In this document: positions 52,625 to 62,353 of the stretch, one piece after another
Layout of the letters: each line of letters starts with the position of its first letter
Position numbering within the stretch: position 1 is the first letter of the stretch
NCBI GenBank assembly: GCA_963704075.1
Contig: CAVPGV010000009.1
Span: 244,286-308,285 of the forward strand
DNA: 64,000 bases
Source: an uncultured Actinomycetota bacterium
GTDB taxonomy: Bacteria; Actinomycetota; Actinomycetes; S36-B12; UBA10799
Direction of reading: 5' to 3'
Position numbers and translations under genes: made by a program
Notes under the pieces: model-generated
Told to the model about the DNA's origin: nothing
The model's database searches: none
Seen by the model: the letters and a program-made list of their open reading frames with translations, nothing else

Positions 52625-54454
52625 TCAGGGCTGCGATGGGGTCCCGTCACCCTTGAGGGCCTCGCGGATGGTCGCCACGTAGGCCCGGATGCCCTCAGTG
52701 GTGAGGTGGGTTCCGTCGTAGACGAAGTACTCGCGGTGCCCCTCGGAGGCGGCCTCCCAGTCGGCGATCCGTACATTGTCGAACTGCTTGGCCATCCCGT
52801 TGATGTTCCGGTTGGAGTCGTCCATCCAGGAGTTCGGCGTGTGGACGGTCACCAGCACCACGTCGCGGTCCTGCAGGCCGTCCAGGGTGGTCTTGAGCAT
52901 GTCCCAGTACGCCGTGCCGTTGGTCCCGGGGTGGATGACGACGACGTCCTGCAGCTGGCCGGCGGCCTTGCGGGCGTTGATACGCTCGACGATCTGCGGG
53001 AACTGCCGGGAGACCGCGGCATCCACCGTGACCTTGAAGGCGCCTTCCAGCGCCCCCGTGGCTCCCAGCATCACAGAGTCGCCGATGGCGGTCATGGGGC
53101 GCTTCGACAGGTCCGCGCCCGAGACCCGGGGCTGGTCATCCGACGGTTGCGGTTCTTCATTCGTGGCCGCGGCCGGTTCGGCCGTCAGGTCCTGCCCCAC
53201 CTCGGTGCGGCCGCCGAGGTAGTCCGAAGCGTTGGGCGCCGGTATCGCGGCGAGCGCTGCGCCGGTCGCGAAGATCAGCCCGGCCGCCGCGGCAACCGCT
53301 CCGGCGACCCGGACACTGGCAGTGGCCACACCGGCCTCCCGCCAGCGATGCCACGTCGCCGACAACGCCCCACGCCGGATCGGGATCTCCAGGTAGCGGT
53401 AGGACAACTCGGCGACCCCGAACGTCAAGGCCATCCGCAGAATCCAGGCGGGCACCCCGTCGAAGGGCAGGTCGATCCCCGGGCGGGTCACCACGAAGAT
53501 CGGCCAGTGGTAGAGGTACAGCCCGTAGGAGCGCTCGCCGATGTAGCGCATCGGCTGGGTCGCGAGCAGCCTGCCGAACGAGATGGCCGGGTGACACGCC
53601 AGCGCCACGATCGCCGCCGAGGCCGCGGACACGACGAGGAAGCCGCCCCGGTACAGCCACGCACTGTCCTCGCCGACGCGGTGGAAGATCGAGAACAGCA
53701 CGAACACCGCGCCGAGCGCCGCAGCCCAGAGCACGACCTTGGCTGGGGCGGCGACGGTTCGAGGAAGTGCTCCCGGCCGCCAGACGGTCGCCAGGGCGGC
53801 TCCCAGCAGCAGACCCATCATGTGGGTGTCCGTACCGAAGTACAACCTGCTGGCGTCGCCGGCCTCGGGAACGTTCCAGATCAGCGACCCGAGCGCCATC
53901 AGCACGGTGGAGACCAGCGACACGATCAGGGCGACCCGGCCGACCCCCGGGCGACCGCGCCACCGGTAGAGGAAGACCAGGATCAGTGGCCACAGCAAGT
54001 AGAACTGTTCCTCCACGGCCAGTGACCACAGGTGCTGCAGCATCGGCGGCCGGCCCATCGCCTCGAAGTACGACAGATCCTGGACGACGTACCACCAGTT
54101 GGTCACATAGAGCATCGACGAGATGGCGTCCTGACGGAACTGCGCAGCGGCGTCGCGGGCGAACACCAGCACCAGCACCGAGGACAGGGCCAATGTGGCC
54201 AGCAGAGCCGGCAACAGGCGCCTGGCCCGGCGCAGGTAGAACTGTCCGAACGAGACTGCTGAGGTCCGTTCGATCTCCTGCAGCAGCAGGCTGCTGATCA
54301 GAAAGCCCGACAGGACGAAGAAGACATCCACCCCGAGGAAACCCCCGGGCACCCCCGCGACCCCCGAGTGGTAGAGCAGGACCGCCAGCACCGCGATCGC
54401 ACGGATTCCGTCGAGGCCGGGGATGTACCCCATGGGTGGGGCGACGCGACGCAT
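52625..54454 (-). CDS. Acyltransferase-3 family membrane O-acyltransferase fused to C-terminal SGNH hydrolase-like domain
   Basis: ATG at 54454 (MRRVAPPMGYIPGLDGIRAIAVLAVLLYH...); ATG at 54433 is an alternative. It has about 10 TM helices followed by a periplasmic domain with a GDSV block (MTAIGDSVMLGA). The upstream 215 codons of the track ORF are the antisense shadow of the next gene. Confidence 0.8.
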   Translation of the reverse strand: MRRVAPPMGYIPGLDGIRAIAVLAVLLYHSGVAGVPGGFLGVDVFFVLSGFLISSLLLQEIERTSAVSFGQFYLRRARRLLPALLATLALSSVLVLVFARDAAAQFRQDAISSMLYVTNWWYVVQDLSYFEAMGRPPMLQHLWSLAVEEQFYLLWPLILVFLYRWRGRPGVGRVALIVSLVSTVLMALGSLIWNVPEAGDASRLYFGTDTHMMGLLLGAALATVWRPGALPRTVAAPAKVVLWAAALGAVFVLFSIFHRVGEDSAWLYRGGFLVVSAASAAIVALACHPAISFGRLLATQPMRYIGERSYGLYLYHWPIFVVTRPGIDLPFDGVPAWILRMALTFGVAELSYRYLEIPIRRGALSATWHRWREAGVATASVRVAGAVAAAAGLIFATGAALAAIPAPNASDYLGGRTEVGQDLTAEPAAATNEEPQPSDDQPRVSGADLSKRPMTAIGDSVMLGATGALEGAFKVTVDAAVSRQFPQIVERINARKAAGQLQDVVVIHPGTNGTAYWDMLKTTLDGLQDRDVVLVTVHTPNSWMDDSNRNINGMAKQFDNVRIADWEAASEGHREYFVYDGTHLTTEGIRAYVATIREALKGDGTPSQP

Positions 54455-54620
54455 GTCGGATTGGTGCCGGGGCACAACCGCAACTGACACCGCAACCTCT
54501 TCCGCGAATGCTGAGACTTCATGGTAAGCAGCAGATTCGGCACGACGGCGGAGAACTCGCCCGTGGCGTCCGGGCGGAATCCGCGGATCGGCCGAACGGA
54601 CACTGTGCACGGGGTGTGCG

Positions 54621-55889
54621 ATGCAGTTCAATACCCCCATGTCTGTTCGACTACCGGTCATCGTGTCCGTCATGGCGATCGCCGTTCCGATCGGGGCTGG
54701 CCCGGTTGCCGCTGATCCTGTGGCGGATGGACGGTTCGCGGTCAGTGGCGTCGGCACGAACAACCAGATCACGATCGGTCCCGACGGCAATGTGTGGGTC
54801 ACGCTGGACGCGACCAACGACGTGGCCAGGATCGCCCCGGACGGGACCGTCACACAGTTCAACCCCGCTGGCCTGACCAGTCCCACCGGGATCACGGCAG
54901 GTCCGGACGGCAATCTCTGGGTGACCCAGGCCGGCGCCGTCGCCAGGTTCTCACCGGCCGACCCCGACGCCGCGGTGGCATTCGCCATCGCCGACATCGC
55001 CGATCCGCGGGCGATCACCGTCGGACCCGACGGCAACCTCTGGACCGCGTCCGGGGACAAGGTGATCACCTTCCCGGCCGCGAACCCCGCAGGGTTCACC
55101 TCCTACGGTGCGACCGGAGTCCTGGGCGCCCGCTGGATCACCTCCGGCACGGACGGCAACCTATGGGTGGCGGACTTCGGCGGGCAGCAGATCGTGCGTG
55201 TCACGACCGGCGGGGCCGGCACCGCCTTCCCGACCGGTGGGGGTCCGCAAGGTGTCACCGGTGGCGCTGACGGCCAGGTGGCCTACAGCAACCCCACCGC
55301 CGTACCCCAGACCGTCGGTCGCATCCAGGCACCGGGATCACCGCAGAGCACCGACACCCCGTTGTCCGACCCGTTCGGCGTCGCGTACGGCGGCGACGGC
55401 GCCTACTGGTTCGCGCAGTTCGCGACCAACGACCTCGGCCGGTTGACGCCCGGCGGGGCGTACTCACGGCTGCCCCTGGATGCCGCCACCGGCCCCCGGC
55501 AGATCACCGCCGGACCGGGCAACACCTTGTGGGTGACCCTCGACCTCACCGAGCAGGTGGCGCGGGTCCGCGGTGTGTCGGTGGCACCGCAGCCGCAGCC
55601 CGCAGCCGCAGCCGATTGTGCCTTTGCAGACCCGCATCACCAAGGCGCCGAAGAAGTCGTCAGGACCAAACGGGCCAAGGCCCGGGTGAAGGTGCGGTTC
55701 TCGGGAACGCCGGGTGCGAGCTTCCAGTGCCGACTGGGGAAGAAGCCTGTGAAGAAGTGGCGCACGTGCTCGTCGCCGAAGGTGCTGAAGGTCAAGCCGG
55801 GTCGCTATCGGTTGCGGGTACGAGCGGTCCTCGACGGGGCCAAGGACCCGACGCCGGCCAAAGCCCGGTTCCGGATCGTGCGCCGCTGA
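54621..55889 (+). CDS. Secreted beta-propeller protein with Vgb (streptogramin lyase)-like repeats and a C-terminal basic Ig-like domain
   Basis: Signal peptide (…VMAIAVPIGAGPVAADP). There are at least 6 repeats of the GPDGN(L/V)WVT type. The C-terminal block FQCRLGKKPVKKWRTCSSPKVLKVKPGRYRLRVRAV follows. Total length is 422 aa. Confidence 0.7.
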   Translation: MQFNTPMSVRLPVIVSVMAIAVPIGAGPVAADPVADGRFAVSGVGTNNQITIGPDGNVWVTLDATNDVARIAPDGTVTQFNPAGLTSPTGITAGPDGNLWVTQAGAVARFSPADPDAAVAFAIADIADPRAITVGPDGNLWTASGDKVITFPAANPAGFTSYGATGVLGARWITSGTDGNLWVADFGGQQIVRVTTGGAGTAFPTGGGPQGVTGGADGQVAYSNPTAVPQTVGRIQAPGSPQSTDTPLSDPFGVAYGGDGAYWFAQFATNDLGRLTPGGAYSRLPLDAATGPRQITAGPGNTLWVTLDLTEQVARVRGVSVAPQPQPAAAADCAFADPHHQGAEEVVRTKRAKARVKVRFSGTPGASFQCRLGKKPVKKWRTCSSPKVLKVKPGRYRLRVRAVLDGAKDPTPAKARFRIVRR

Positions 55890-55993
55890 CCTTTCAGGCG
55901 CTTCGGATTTGAGGGCGGAGTTGGCGAGCGCTGTGCTGGGGACTGGATGGTCGGCTTCGACCGCCCACACAGATGGGACCCGCACTTCCTTTC

Positions 55994-56031
55994 GGTGAGA
56001 ATACGACCAGTCACTGGTCGTGATTTTCACC
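55994..56031. terminator. Near-perfect 38-bp palindrome between convergent genes, probable bidirectional intrinsic terminator
   Basis: The sequence is GGTGAGAATACGACCAGT C ACTGGTCGTGATTTTCACC. The core ACGACCAGT/ACTGGTCGT (56003-56021) is perfect. It is followed by a T-rich stretch GATTTTC on the plus strand and ATTCTC on the minus strand. The surrounding patch is locally AT-richer. Confidence 0.5.
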
Positions 56032-56221
56032 AGAAGGTTCCCTCGGATTCCTAGGGGTGGTGGGATTCACCCCACGGGCGCTGAGTGAGGTGCCGCACCT
56101 GCCACAACGACCTGCTCGACACAGAAGGCGTCACCGGGCTGATCCACCCATTGACTCCACCTGAAGATCCCGAAGACCCCCCTTTTTCAGGGTCTCGCGG
56201 CGGAGGTGTACGCCCCCAATC

Positions 56222-56521
56222 TCAGGTGATGACCTTCCACTTCAGCCGGCCCTTGGCCTCGTTGCCCAGACGCACCTGCACGCGCGCCTTCGAGCCGTCC
56301 TTGGCCTTGACGCGGCAGAAGAAGATCTTGCCCTTGGCCCATTTGACCTTCTTCGGGCACTTGACCTTGACGGAGACCTTCGCCTGCTTCTTGATGCCTT
56401 TCTTGATGTTCTTCTTCAGGACGTCGATCTTCACCGTGCTGGCGGCCTGGGCCGGCGCGCTGGTGAGAGCCGGGGCGGCCAGTAGAGGGACGGTCACGGC
56501 CACAGCGATGGTCTTGCGCAT
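56222..56521 (-). CDS. Small secreted lysine-rich protein (DUF4333-like Cys pair)
   Basis: 99 aa with a signal peptide (MRKTIAVAVTVPLLAAPALTSAPAQA). The mature part is very Lys-rich, with CPKKVKWAKGKIFFC. The coding region is visibly less G+C-rich than its neighbours. Confidence 0.6.
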   Translation of the reverse strand: MRKTIAVAVTVPLLAAPALTSAPAQAASTVKIDVLKKNIKKGIKKQAKVSVKVKCPKKVKWAKGKIFFCRVKAKDGSKARVQVRLGNEAKGRLKWKVIT

Positions 56522-56605
56522 GGCAGACCCCTTTCGTCGAAGGTTTCCCAGCGTACGCCGTGCAGCGACCCCCGATCCAGCCTCCAGCCGGACGGATCGC
56601 GATCC

Positions 56606-57559
56606 CTACGCGAGCCAGTCGGCGGCTTCCAAGGCCCAGTAGGTCAAGATGACGTCCGCACCGGCCCGCACACATCCGGTGAGCGATTCCAGGATCGCCG
56701 CCCGCCGGTCGATCCAGCCGTTGGCCGCGGCAGCCTCGAGCATCGCGTACTCGCCAGACACCTGGTAGACGGCCACCGGCACGTCCGAGATCTCCGCGAC
56801 CGCCCGCACGACGTCCAGGTAGGCGGGCTTGACCATCACGACGTCGGCGCCCTCTGCGAGATCCAGGACCGTCTCCCGCAGCGCTTCGCGGCCGTTGGCC
56901 GGATCCTGCTGATAGGTGCGGCGGTCCCCTTGCAGGGAACTGTCGACGGCTTCTCGGAAGGGTCCGTAGAGCGCCGAGGTGTACTTCGCGGCGTAGGCGA
57001 GGATCGCGGTGTTGACGAACCCGGCGGAATCCAGCGCCTCACGCACCGCACCCACCTGACCGTCCATCATGCCGCTGGTTCCCACCATGTCGGCGCCCGC
57101 CCGGGCCAGGACCACTGCCATTTGCTGGTAGCGGACCAAGGTCGCGTCGTTGTCGACCTCATCACCGGCGAGTACTCCGCAGTGTCCGTGGTCGGTGAAC
57201 TCGTCCAGACACAGGTCCGCCTGCACGACCAGCCGGCCGGCGGCGGCGGCTTTGGCGACCTCGACCGCCCGACTGAGGATACCCTTCGGGTCGGTGGCCC
57301 CGGAACCGATCGCGTCCTTGTGCTTCGGCACCCCGAACAGCATCACTGCTCCGAGCCCGGCCGAAGCCGCCTGCTCGACGACGGCAGGCAGCGTGTCGAG
57401 GGTCTGCTGATACACCCCCGGCATCGAGGTGATCGCCCGCGGCTCGGCCAGGCCTTCGGCCACGAAGACCGGCAGCACCAGGGCGGCCGGGTGGACCCGG
57501 GACTCCGCCACGAGCCTTCGGATCGCCGGGTTCGACCGCAGCCGGCGCGGCCGCATCAT
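56606..57559 (-). CDS. hemB: Porphobilinogen synthase (delta-aminolevulinate dehydratase)
   Basis: 317 aa with the active-site Lys context VMVKPA and the metal-site region [14 protein letters not shown]. It forms an ATGA-type overlap with the hemD stop. Confidence 0.95.
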   Translation of the reverse strand: MMRPRRLRSNPAIRRLVAESRVHPAALVLPVFVAEGLAEPRAITSMPGVYQQTLDTLPAVVEQAASAGLGAVMLFGVPKHKDAIGSGATDPKGILSRAVEVAKAAAAGRLVVQADLCLDEFTDHGHCGVLAGDEVDNDATLVRYQQMAVVLARAGADMVGTSGMMDGQVGAVREALDSAGFVNTAILAYAAKYTSALYGPFREAVDSSLQGDRRTYQQDPANGREALRETVLDLAEGADVVMVKPAYLDVVRAVAEISDVPVAVYQVSGEYAMLEAAAANGWIDRRAAILESLTGCVRAGADVILTYWALEAADWLA

Positions 57560-59142
57560 GACTTGGCTGCGGACCGCCGACGGCCGGCGCCGCGCCGCTT
57601 CGACGGCCGCCAGGTGCGCTCGCCGCTGTCCAGCGCGGTCTGGCGCATGTGCTCACCGTGCGCGGCCAGGGCTGCGACCAGCGGCTCGATCTTGGATTGC
57701 GCCGGCTGCACCGCGACCTTCAACCCGTGTTCCACCGCGGTGTTCGCGGTCTCCGGGCCGATGGCGGCGATGACGGTGGTGGCGTGGGGTTTGCCCGCGA
57801 TCCCGACCAGGTTGCGCACGGTGCTGGACGAGGTGAAGACCACCGCGTCGAAACCGCCGGTCTTGATGGCCTCGCGGATCTCCGCGGCCGGCGGCGCTGC
57901 CCGGACCGTGCGGTAGGCGGTGATGTCGTCGACCTCCCAGCCGAGTTCGGTGAGACCGGCCACGAGCTTCTCAGTGGCGATGTCCGCCCGGGGCAGGAAC
58001 ACCCGGCCGATCGGGTCGAGTTCGGGGTCGCGGTCGGGCCACACCTCCAGCAGGCCGGCAGACGACTGGGCATCGGCCGGTGGCAGCAGGTCGGCGCGCA
58101 CCCCGAAGTCCTGCAGGGCCGCGGCGGTGGCCTCGCCGATCGCGGCGATCTTCAGACCAGCCAGGTGCCGGGCGTCGAGGCCGCGCTGCTCGAATCGCTC
58201 GCGGATGGCGCGGACCGCATTGACGCTGGTGAACGCGATCCACTGGTAGCGACCGGATTCGATCCCCTCGATCGCACGTTCCATCTGCTGAGGGGTGCGC
58301 GGGGGCTCGACGCTGATCGTGGGCACTTCCACGGGCACCGCGCCGAACAGCCGCAGTTGTGCCGACAACTCGCCGGCCTGGTCCTTGGTGCGCGGGACCA
58401 GCACCCGCCAGCCGAACAGCGGCCTGCTCTCGAACCAGCCCAGGTTGGTCGCCGAACCGACCGCCTCGCCGATGAAGACGTCGCCGTTGCCGGTCAACTT
58501 CGCGGCCTTCAGGTCGGCTGCCGCGTCGCCGAGCGTGGTGACGATCGTCTGCTGCTCCACCGTAGTTCCGCCGCGGACGACCACCAGGCCGGTGGCCGGC
58601 GTGCGACCGGCGGCGAGCGCGGCTTTGGCCAATCCGGCCGCGGAATCGGCAGCGTTGCGGATCACCAGGGTGGACGCCGTGTCCGCCAGAGTCTGCTCGT
58701 CGACATCCCCGGACAGCAGGTCCACGACGTGCAGTCGCTTGGCCCGCGAACCGACCAGGCCGATCCCGGCATAGGCGGCGATGCCCGAGATGTCGCTGGC
58801 ACACGGGGCGATCTCGAACGGGATCCGGGAACGGTGCAGCGCCTTGGCCTCGGCCAGCACGCGGCCGTCGAGGACCGGGTCACCGGCGAATACCCGCACT
58901 GCGTGGCGTCCGGCGCGGGCCTGTTCGGCCAGCGCTTTCGCCACCGCGGCTGCATCGGTCGGCGCGGTCGCCACATCGAGCACCTCGACCTCACGCCCGG
59001 CGATCAGCGAGTTGACCTCCGGGTCGCAGATGACCACGTCGGCCTGGTCCAGCAGGGCCGCCCCGCGCACCGACAGCAGTTCGGGGTCGCCGGAGCCGGC
59101 TGCGAGCAGGGCAACGGCGGGTACGGTCTTGCTCTTCTTCAT
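57556..59142 (-). CDS. hemD: Fused uroporphyrinogen-III C-methyltransferase-like / uroporphyrinogen-III synthase
   Basis: 528 aa. The N-terminal tetrapyrrole-methylase pattern is [31 protein letters not shown]. The C-terminal half is HemD-like. It has 4-nt overlaps with hemC and hemB. Confidence 0.85.
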   Translation of the reverse strand: MKKSKTVPAVALLAAGSGDPELLSVRGAALLDQADVVICDPEVNSLIAGREVEVLDVATAPTDAAAVAKALAEQARAGRHAVRVFAGDPVLDGRVLAEAKALHRSRIPFEIAPCASDISGIAAYAGIGLVGSRAKRLHVVDLLSGDVDEQTLADTASTLVIRNAADSAAGLAKAALAAGRTPATGLVVVRGGTTVEQQTIVTTLGDAAADLKAAKLTGNGDVFIGEAVGSATNLGWFESRPLFGWRVLVPRTKDQAGELSAQLRLFGAVPVEVPTISVEPPRTPQQMERAIEGIESGRYQWIAFTSVNAVRAIRERFEQRGLDARHLAGLKIAAIGEATAAALQDFGVRADLLPPADAQSSAGLLEVWPDRDPELDPIGRVFLPRADIATEKLVAGLTELGWEVDDITAYRTVRAAPPAAEIREAIKTGGFDAVVFTSSSTVRNLVGIAGKPHATTVIAAIGPETANTAVEHGLKVAVQPAQSKIEPLVAALAAHGEHMRQTALDSGERTWRPSKRRGAGRRRSAAKS

Positions 59143-60038
59143 CTGTTCTCTCCCAATAGTCGACCGGCGCCTTGTCCGATCAGGTCTTCAGCTGCGCGCT
59201 GTCCCACATCGGGATCCAGCAGCGAGCCGGTCGTCGTGCATTCGTACATCTGCGAACCGTCGCGCGACAGCACGGCGGCTCGAAGCTCGAGTGTGTCTCC
59301 AGTGGCATCGGCCAGCGCCCCGACGGGCGCACTGCAACCGGCCCGCAGTCCGGCCAGCAACGCACGTTCGGCCGTGACCGCCGCCAACGTCGCGGTGTGG
59401 CTGATACCGCCGACGGCGTGGGCCGCGGGGTGGTCGCGCAGCATCTCGACACCGAGCGCACCCTGACCGACCGCGGGCAGCATGACCTCGAAACCCAGCG
59501 GGAATCCCGGCGGCCGCAATGACAGCCGGTTCAGGCCGGCCATGGCCAGGACGACGGCGTCGAGGTCACCGCTGGTGACCCTGGCCACCCGGGAGTCGAC
59601 ATTGCCGCGGATCGCGATCACCTCGAGATCCGGCCGGGCACGCAGCAGATAGGCCACCCGCCGGGGGGAACCGGTGCCCACCCGTGCGCCAGGGGGCAGG
59701 TCCTGCAGGCTGTCGGCCGAGGTGACCAGGAAGTCCCGGACGTCTTCGCGGGCCGGAACCGCCGCGATCATCGTCCGTGGGTCGTCGGCGGTCGGCATGT
59801 CCTTCATCGAGTGGACGGCGACATCCGCCCGCCCGTCGATCAGTGCCTGTCGCACCGCGGCAACGAACACCCCTTGACCGCCGAACGAGGTGAGGGCGGC
59901 TGTGGATGTGTCGCCTTCGGTGGTGATGAGCACCTCGCGGACCTCGTCACCGGTCACGCGGCGAATTCGCTCGCGCACCCAACCGGTCTGCGCGCGCGCC
60001 AAAGCACTGGCCCTGGTGGCCACCCGGATTTCAGGCAC
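59139..60038 (-). CDS. hemC: Hydroxymethylbilane synthase (porphobilinogen deaminase)
   Basis: GTG at 60038 (VPEIRVATRASALARAQT...) is preferred; ATG at 60062 is the alternative. The motif HSMKDMPT is present. The 5' end overlaps the hemA 3' end. Confidence 0.9.
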   Translation of the reverse strand: MPEIRVATRASALARAQTGWVRERIRRVTGDEVREVLITTEGDTSTAALTSFGGQGVFVAAVRQALIDGRADVAVHSMKDMPTADDPRTMIAAVPAREDVRDFLVTSADSLQDLPPGARVGTGSPRRVAYLLRARPDLEVIAIRGNVDSRVARVTSGDLDAVVLAMAGLNRLSLRPPGFPLGFEVMLPAVGQGALGVEMLRDHPAAHAVGGISHTATLAAVTAERALLAGLRAGCSAPVGALADATGDTLELRAAVLSRDGSQMYECTTTGSLLDPDVGQRAAEDLIGQGAGRLLGENR

Positions 60039-61377
60039 GCGGCTCTCCGTCAGTGGGAGCATCGTCGGCCAGCGCGGCGGGATAGCCCGCGCCGAGGTCC
60101 TCGGGGGTCTGGGTCAGCGCAGTGACCGCGGCCGGATCCAGATCGAACAGGGCGTGCAAGGCAGCGGCGTAGCGGTCCCCGCCGGGATCGACCGCGAACT
60201 CCTTCATACGCACCGTGGGGGTGTGCAGCAACGTGGCCACCAGGCGGCGCATGGCCCGCGCGATCTCGTCGAACTCCTCGGGCGTGAGTTTCGGGTTGCG
60301 CAGGCGCAGACGGCTCAGCTCCTGCTCGACGACCTCTTCGGCGCGTGAGCGCAGAGCCACGACCACAGGCTGGACCTTGGCGCTGGTCTGCCGCGCGACG
60401 AAGTCGGTGGTGGCCCGCAGAACCAGGGTTTCGGCGGCGGTGACCGAGTCCGTCGCCACGTGCGCTTCGGGAAGGGCGGCGATACCGGCCAGGTCGAGTC
60501 GGTGGACGCCAGGGATCTGCGCGATGTCGGGATCGGTGTCGTGCGGCAGAGCGAGGTCACACACGAACAGGTCCGGGCTCACCCCGGCCAGAACCCGCTG
60601 GAGGTGCTGCCGGGTCACCAGCAGACCGGTCGCGCCGGTGGCGCTCACCAGGATGTCGGCGGTGCGCAACTGAGCGTCGAGATCGACCAGCTCCACACCC
60701 ACGCCCCCCACCGCTTCGGCCAGTCGGTGGACGGAGGCCGCTGTGCGACCGACGATCGTCACGAGCGCTCCTTGTGCCGCCGACACCGATGCGGCCAGGG
60801 ACGACATGGAGCCGGAGCCGAGGATCACCACATGCCGGCCGGCCAGCGTGTCGAAGTGGCGCCGGGCCTGGGCCAGCGCGACCTCCACCACCGAGGCGCC
60901 GTGCCGGCCGATGGCGGTGTCGGTCTGCACGCGCTTCCCGACCCGCAGCGCGCTCTGGGCAAGTTCGTGCAGGCTGCGACCGGCTTGACCGTGCTCGACG
61001 GCCACCTTGAACGCCTCCCGGAACTGCCCCAGGATCTGCTCATCGCCGACGACCATCGAGTCCAGGCCGCTGGCGACCCGGAAGGCATGCCGGACCGCGG
61101 CGTCCTCGTAATGGACGTAGAGGTGGGCGGACAGTTGGTCCGGTGACAGCCCGGCGCTCTTGGCCAGGATCGCCGTGATCGATTCGACGGCGGCGTGGAA
61201 ACGGGAGACCTCGGTGTACACCTCGATGCGGTTGCATGTCGACAGCAGCAGAGCCTCGCCGACGGCTTCGCCGGTGCCGACCATCGGCAGGGTTTGTCCG
61301 ACGTCGACAGCGGCGACCTTCTCCAACACATCCAGCGGGGCGCTCTGGTGGCTGACCCCGAGCACCAACAGGCTCAT
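60031..61377 (-). CDS. hemA: Glutamyl-tRNA reductase
   Basis: 448 aa with N-terminal MSLLVLGVSHQSAPLDVLEK...LSTCNRIEVY (catalytic Cys). It forms an ATGA overlap with the rex stop. Confidence 0.95.
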   Translation of the reverse strand: MSLLVLGVSHQSAPLDVLEKVAAVDVGQTLPMVGTGEAVGEALLLSTCNRIEVYTEVSRFHAAVESITAILAKSAGLSPDQLSAHLYVHYEDAAVRHAFRVASGLDSMVVGDEQILGQFREAFKVAVEHGQAGRSLHELAQSALRVGKRVQTDTAIGRHGASVVEVALAQARRHFDTLAGRHVVILGSGSMSSLAASVSAAQGALVTIVGRTAASVHRLAEAVGGVGVELVDLDAQLRTADILVSATGATGLLVTRQHLQRVLAGVSPDLFVCDLALPHDTDPDIAQIPGVHRLDLAGIAALPEAHVATDSVTAAETLVLRATTDFVARQTSAKVQPVVVALRSRAEEVVEQELSRLRLRNPKLTPEEFDEIARAMRRLVATLLHTPTVRMKEFAVDPGGDRYAAALHALFDLDPAAVTALTQTPEDLGAGYPAALADDAPTDGEPRA

Positions 61378-62030
61378 CGACCGACTCCTTGCGCCGCGTG
61401 CACAGCCAGGATCTGGATCTCGGTGGCCAGGTCGACCGGACGCACCACCACCGAGTCCGGCGTGGACAGGTGGACAGCGGAGAGGTTGAGGATGCTCGTG
61501 ACACCCGCTGCCACGAGCAGGTCGGCCACCGACTGGGCGGCTTCGGCCGGGGTGGCGATCACGCCGATGGCCACCCCGTTGTCGGCCACAAAGGTCGGGA
61601 GCTCGGCCAGCGTCATGATCTCCAGGTACTCCCCGGCGGGGCTGCCGGCCTTCGAACCGATCAGATCGGGATCGACGTCGAACAACCCGACCACCCGCAG
61701 ACCGCGCTCGCCGAAACCGGTATAGCCGGCCAGGGCACGCCCGAGGTGACCCACGCCCACGACCACCATGCGGTGCTCGGTGGCCAGGCCGAGCGCCTGG
61801 TTGACCTGCTCACGCAGCTGCGCCACCGGGTACCCCACGCCGCGCGTGCCGTAACTGCCGACATAGCTCAGGTCCCGTCGCACCACGGCGCCACTGACGC
61901 CCACATGCGCGGCTAGATCCACGCTGTGCACGGTCTGCAGTCCGGCGTTCTCCAACTGCGACAGGCAGCGGATGTATTGGGGCAGGCGGGCTATGGTGGC
62001 GTCCGGCAGCGAGCGTCGCCTCAGTCGCAC
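61374..62030 (-). CDS. rex: Redox-sensing transcriptional repressor Rex
   Basis: 218 aa with an N-terminal winged-helix pattern (ATIARLPQYIRCL) and the Rossmann motif VVVGVGHLGRAL. It is the first gene of the rex-hemACDB string. Confidence 0.9.
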   Translation of the reverse strand: MRLRRRSLPDATIARLPQYIRCLSQLENAGLQTVHSVDLAAHVGVSGAVVRRDLSYVGSYGTRGVGYPVAQLREQVNQALGLATEHRMVVVGVGHLGRALAGYTGFGERGLRVVGLFDVDPDLIGSKAGSPAGEYLEIMTLAELPTFVADNGVAIGVIATPAEAAQSVADLLVAAGVTSILNLSAVHLSTPDSVVVRPVDLATEIQILAVHAAQGVGR

Positions 62031-62084
62031 GATGGGAACCTGTCACCTGTCTGTCCGGGGCCCGGCGCCCCACACTGATGTCCA

Positions 62085-62100
62085 TGCTACCGATTTCACA
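62085..62100 (-). promoter_or_regulatory. Candidate Rex operator half-palindrome upstream of rex
   Basis: The minus strand reads TGTGAAATCGGTAGCA against the Streptomyces ROP consensus TGTGAACNNNTTCACA. The left half is perfect and the right half matches 3 of 6. It lies 55-70 nt upstream of the rex ATG. Confidence 0.3.
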
Positions 62101-62353
62101 AGCGGGGCCAAACTGACATTCGGATGCCACCGTTCGGTTATCGGAGGACTGGGTGGGTGCTGCGCGTTGACCGCGCTCGGGCCCGGCGTGCTGCGCTTGC
62201 TGCCGGGCGATCCGGGTGCGTCCATGCGAGCCGCGAATCGTCGCGGGTTTTCGTGGCTGCGACGAACTCTCCCCGATGCTTCGCGGGGCGGGGAGATTCT
62301 GCGGGGTGCAGCATGCGCCCCACGCCATCGACCGACGATATGACCCCCCGACC

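Noticed and set aside
54455-55099. N-terminal extension of ORF 52625..55099 showing a periodic LPSGP(T/A/I)VI repeat.
   Set aside because: It is the antisense mirror of the GPDGN(L/V)WVT propeller repeats of the plus-strand gene 54621..55889. The acyltransferase has a good start and conserved N-terminus at 54454.
55994-56031. The 38-bp palindrome considered as an operator for a dimeric (TetR/GntR-like) regulator.
   Set aside because: No gene start or regulator gene is nearby. It lies between two convergent 3' ends and has T-rich flanks on both strands. A bidirectional terminator is the more economical reading.
56160-56200. GAAGACCCCCC-TTTTTCA-GGGTCTC hairpin downstream of the small Lys-rich gene, considered as its terminator or as a C-rich-loop sRNA (6C-like).
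   Set aside because: The stem is short and imperfect, there is no U-tract on the relevant strand, and only one C-run is present. This is insufficient for a call.
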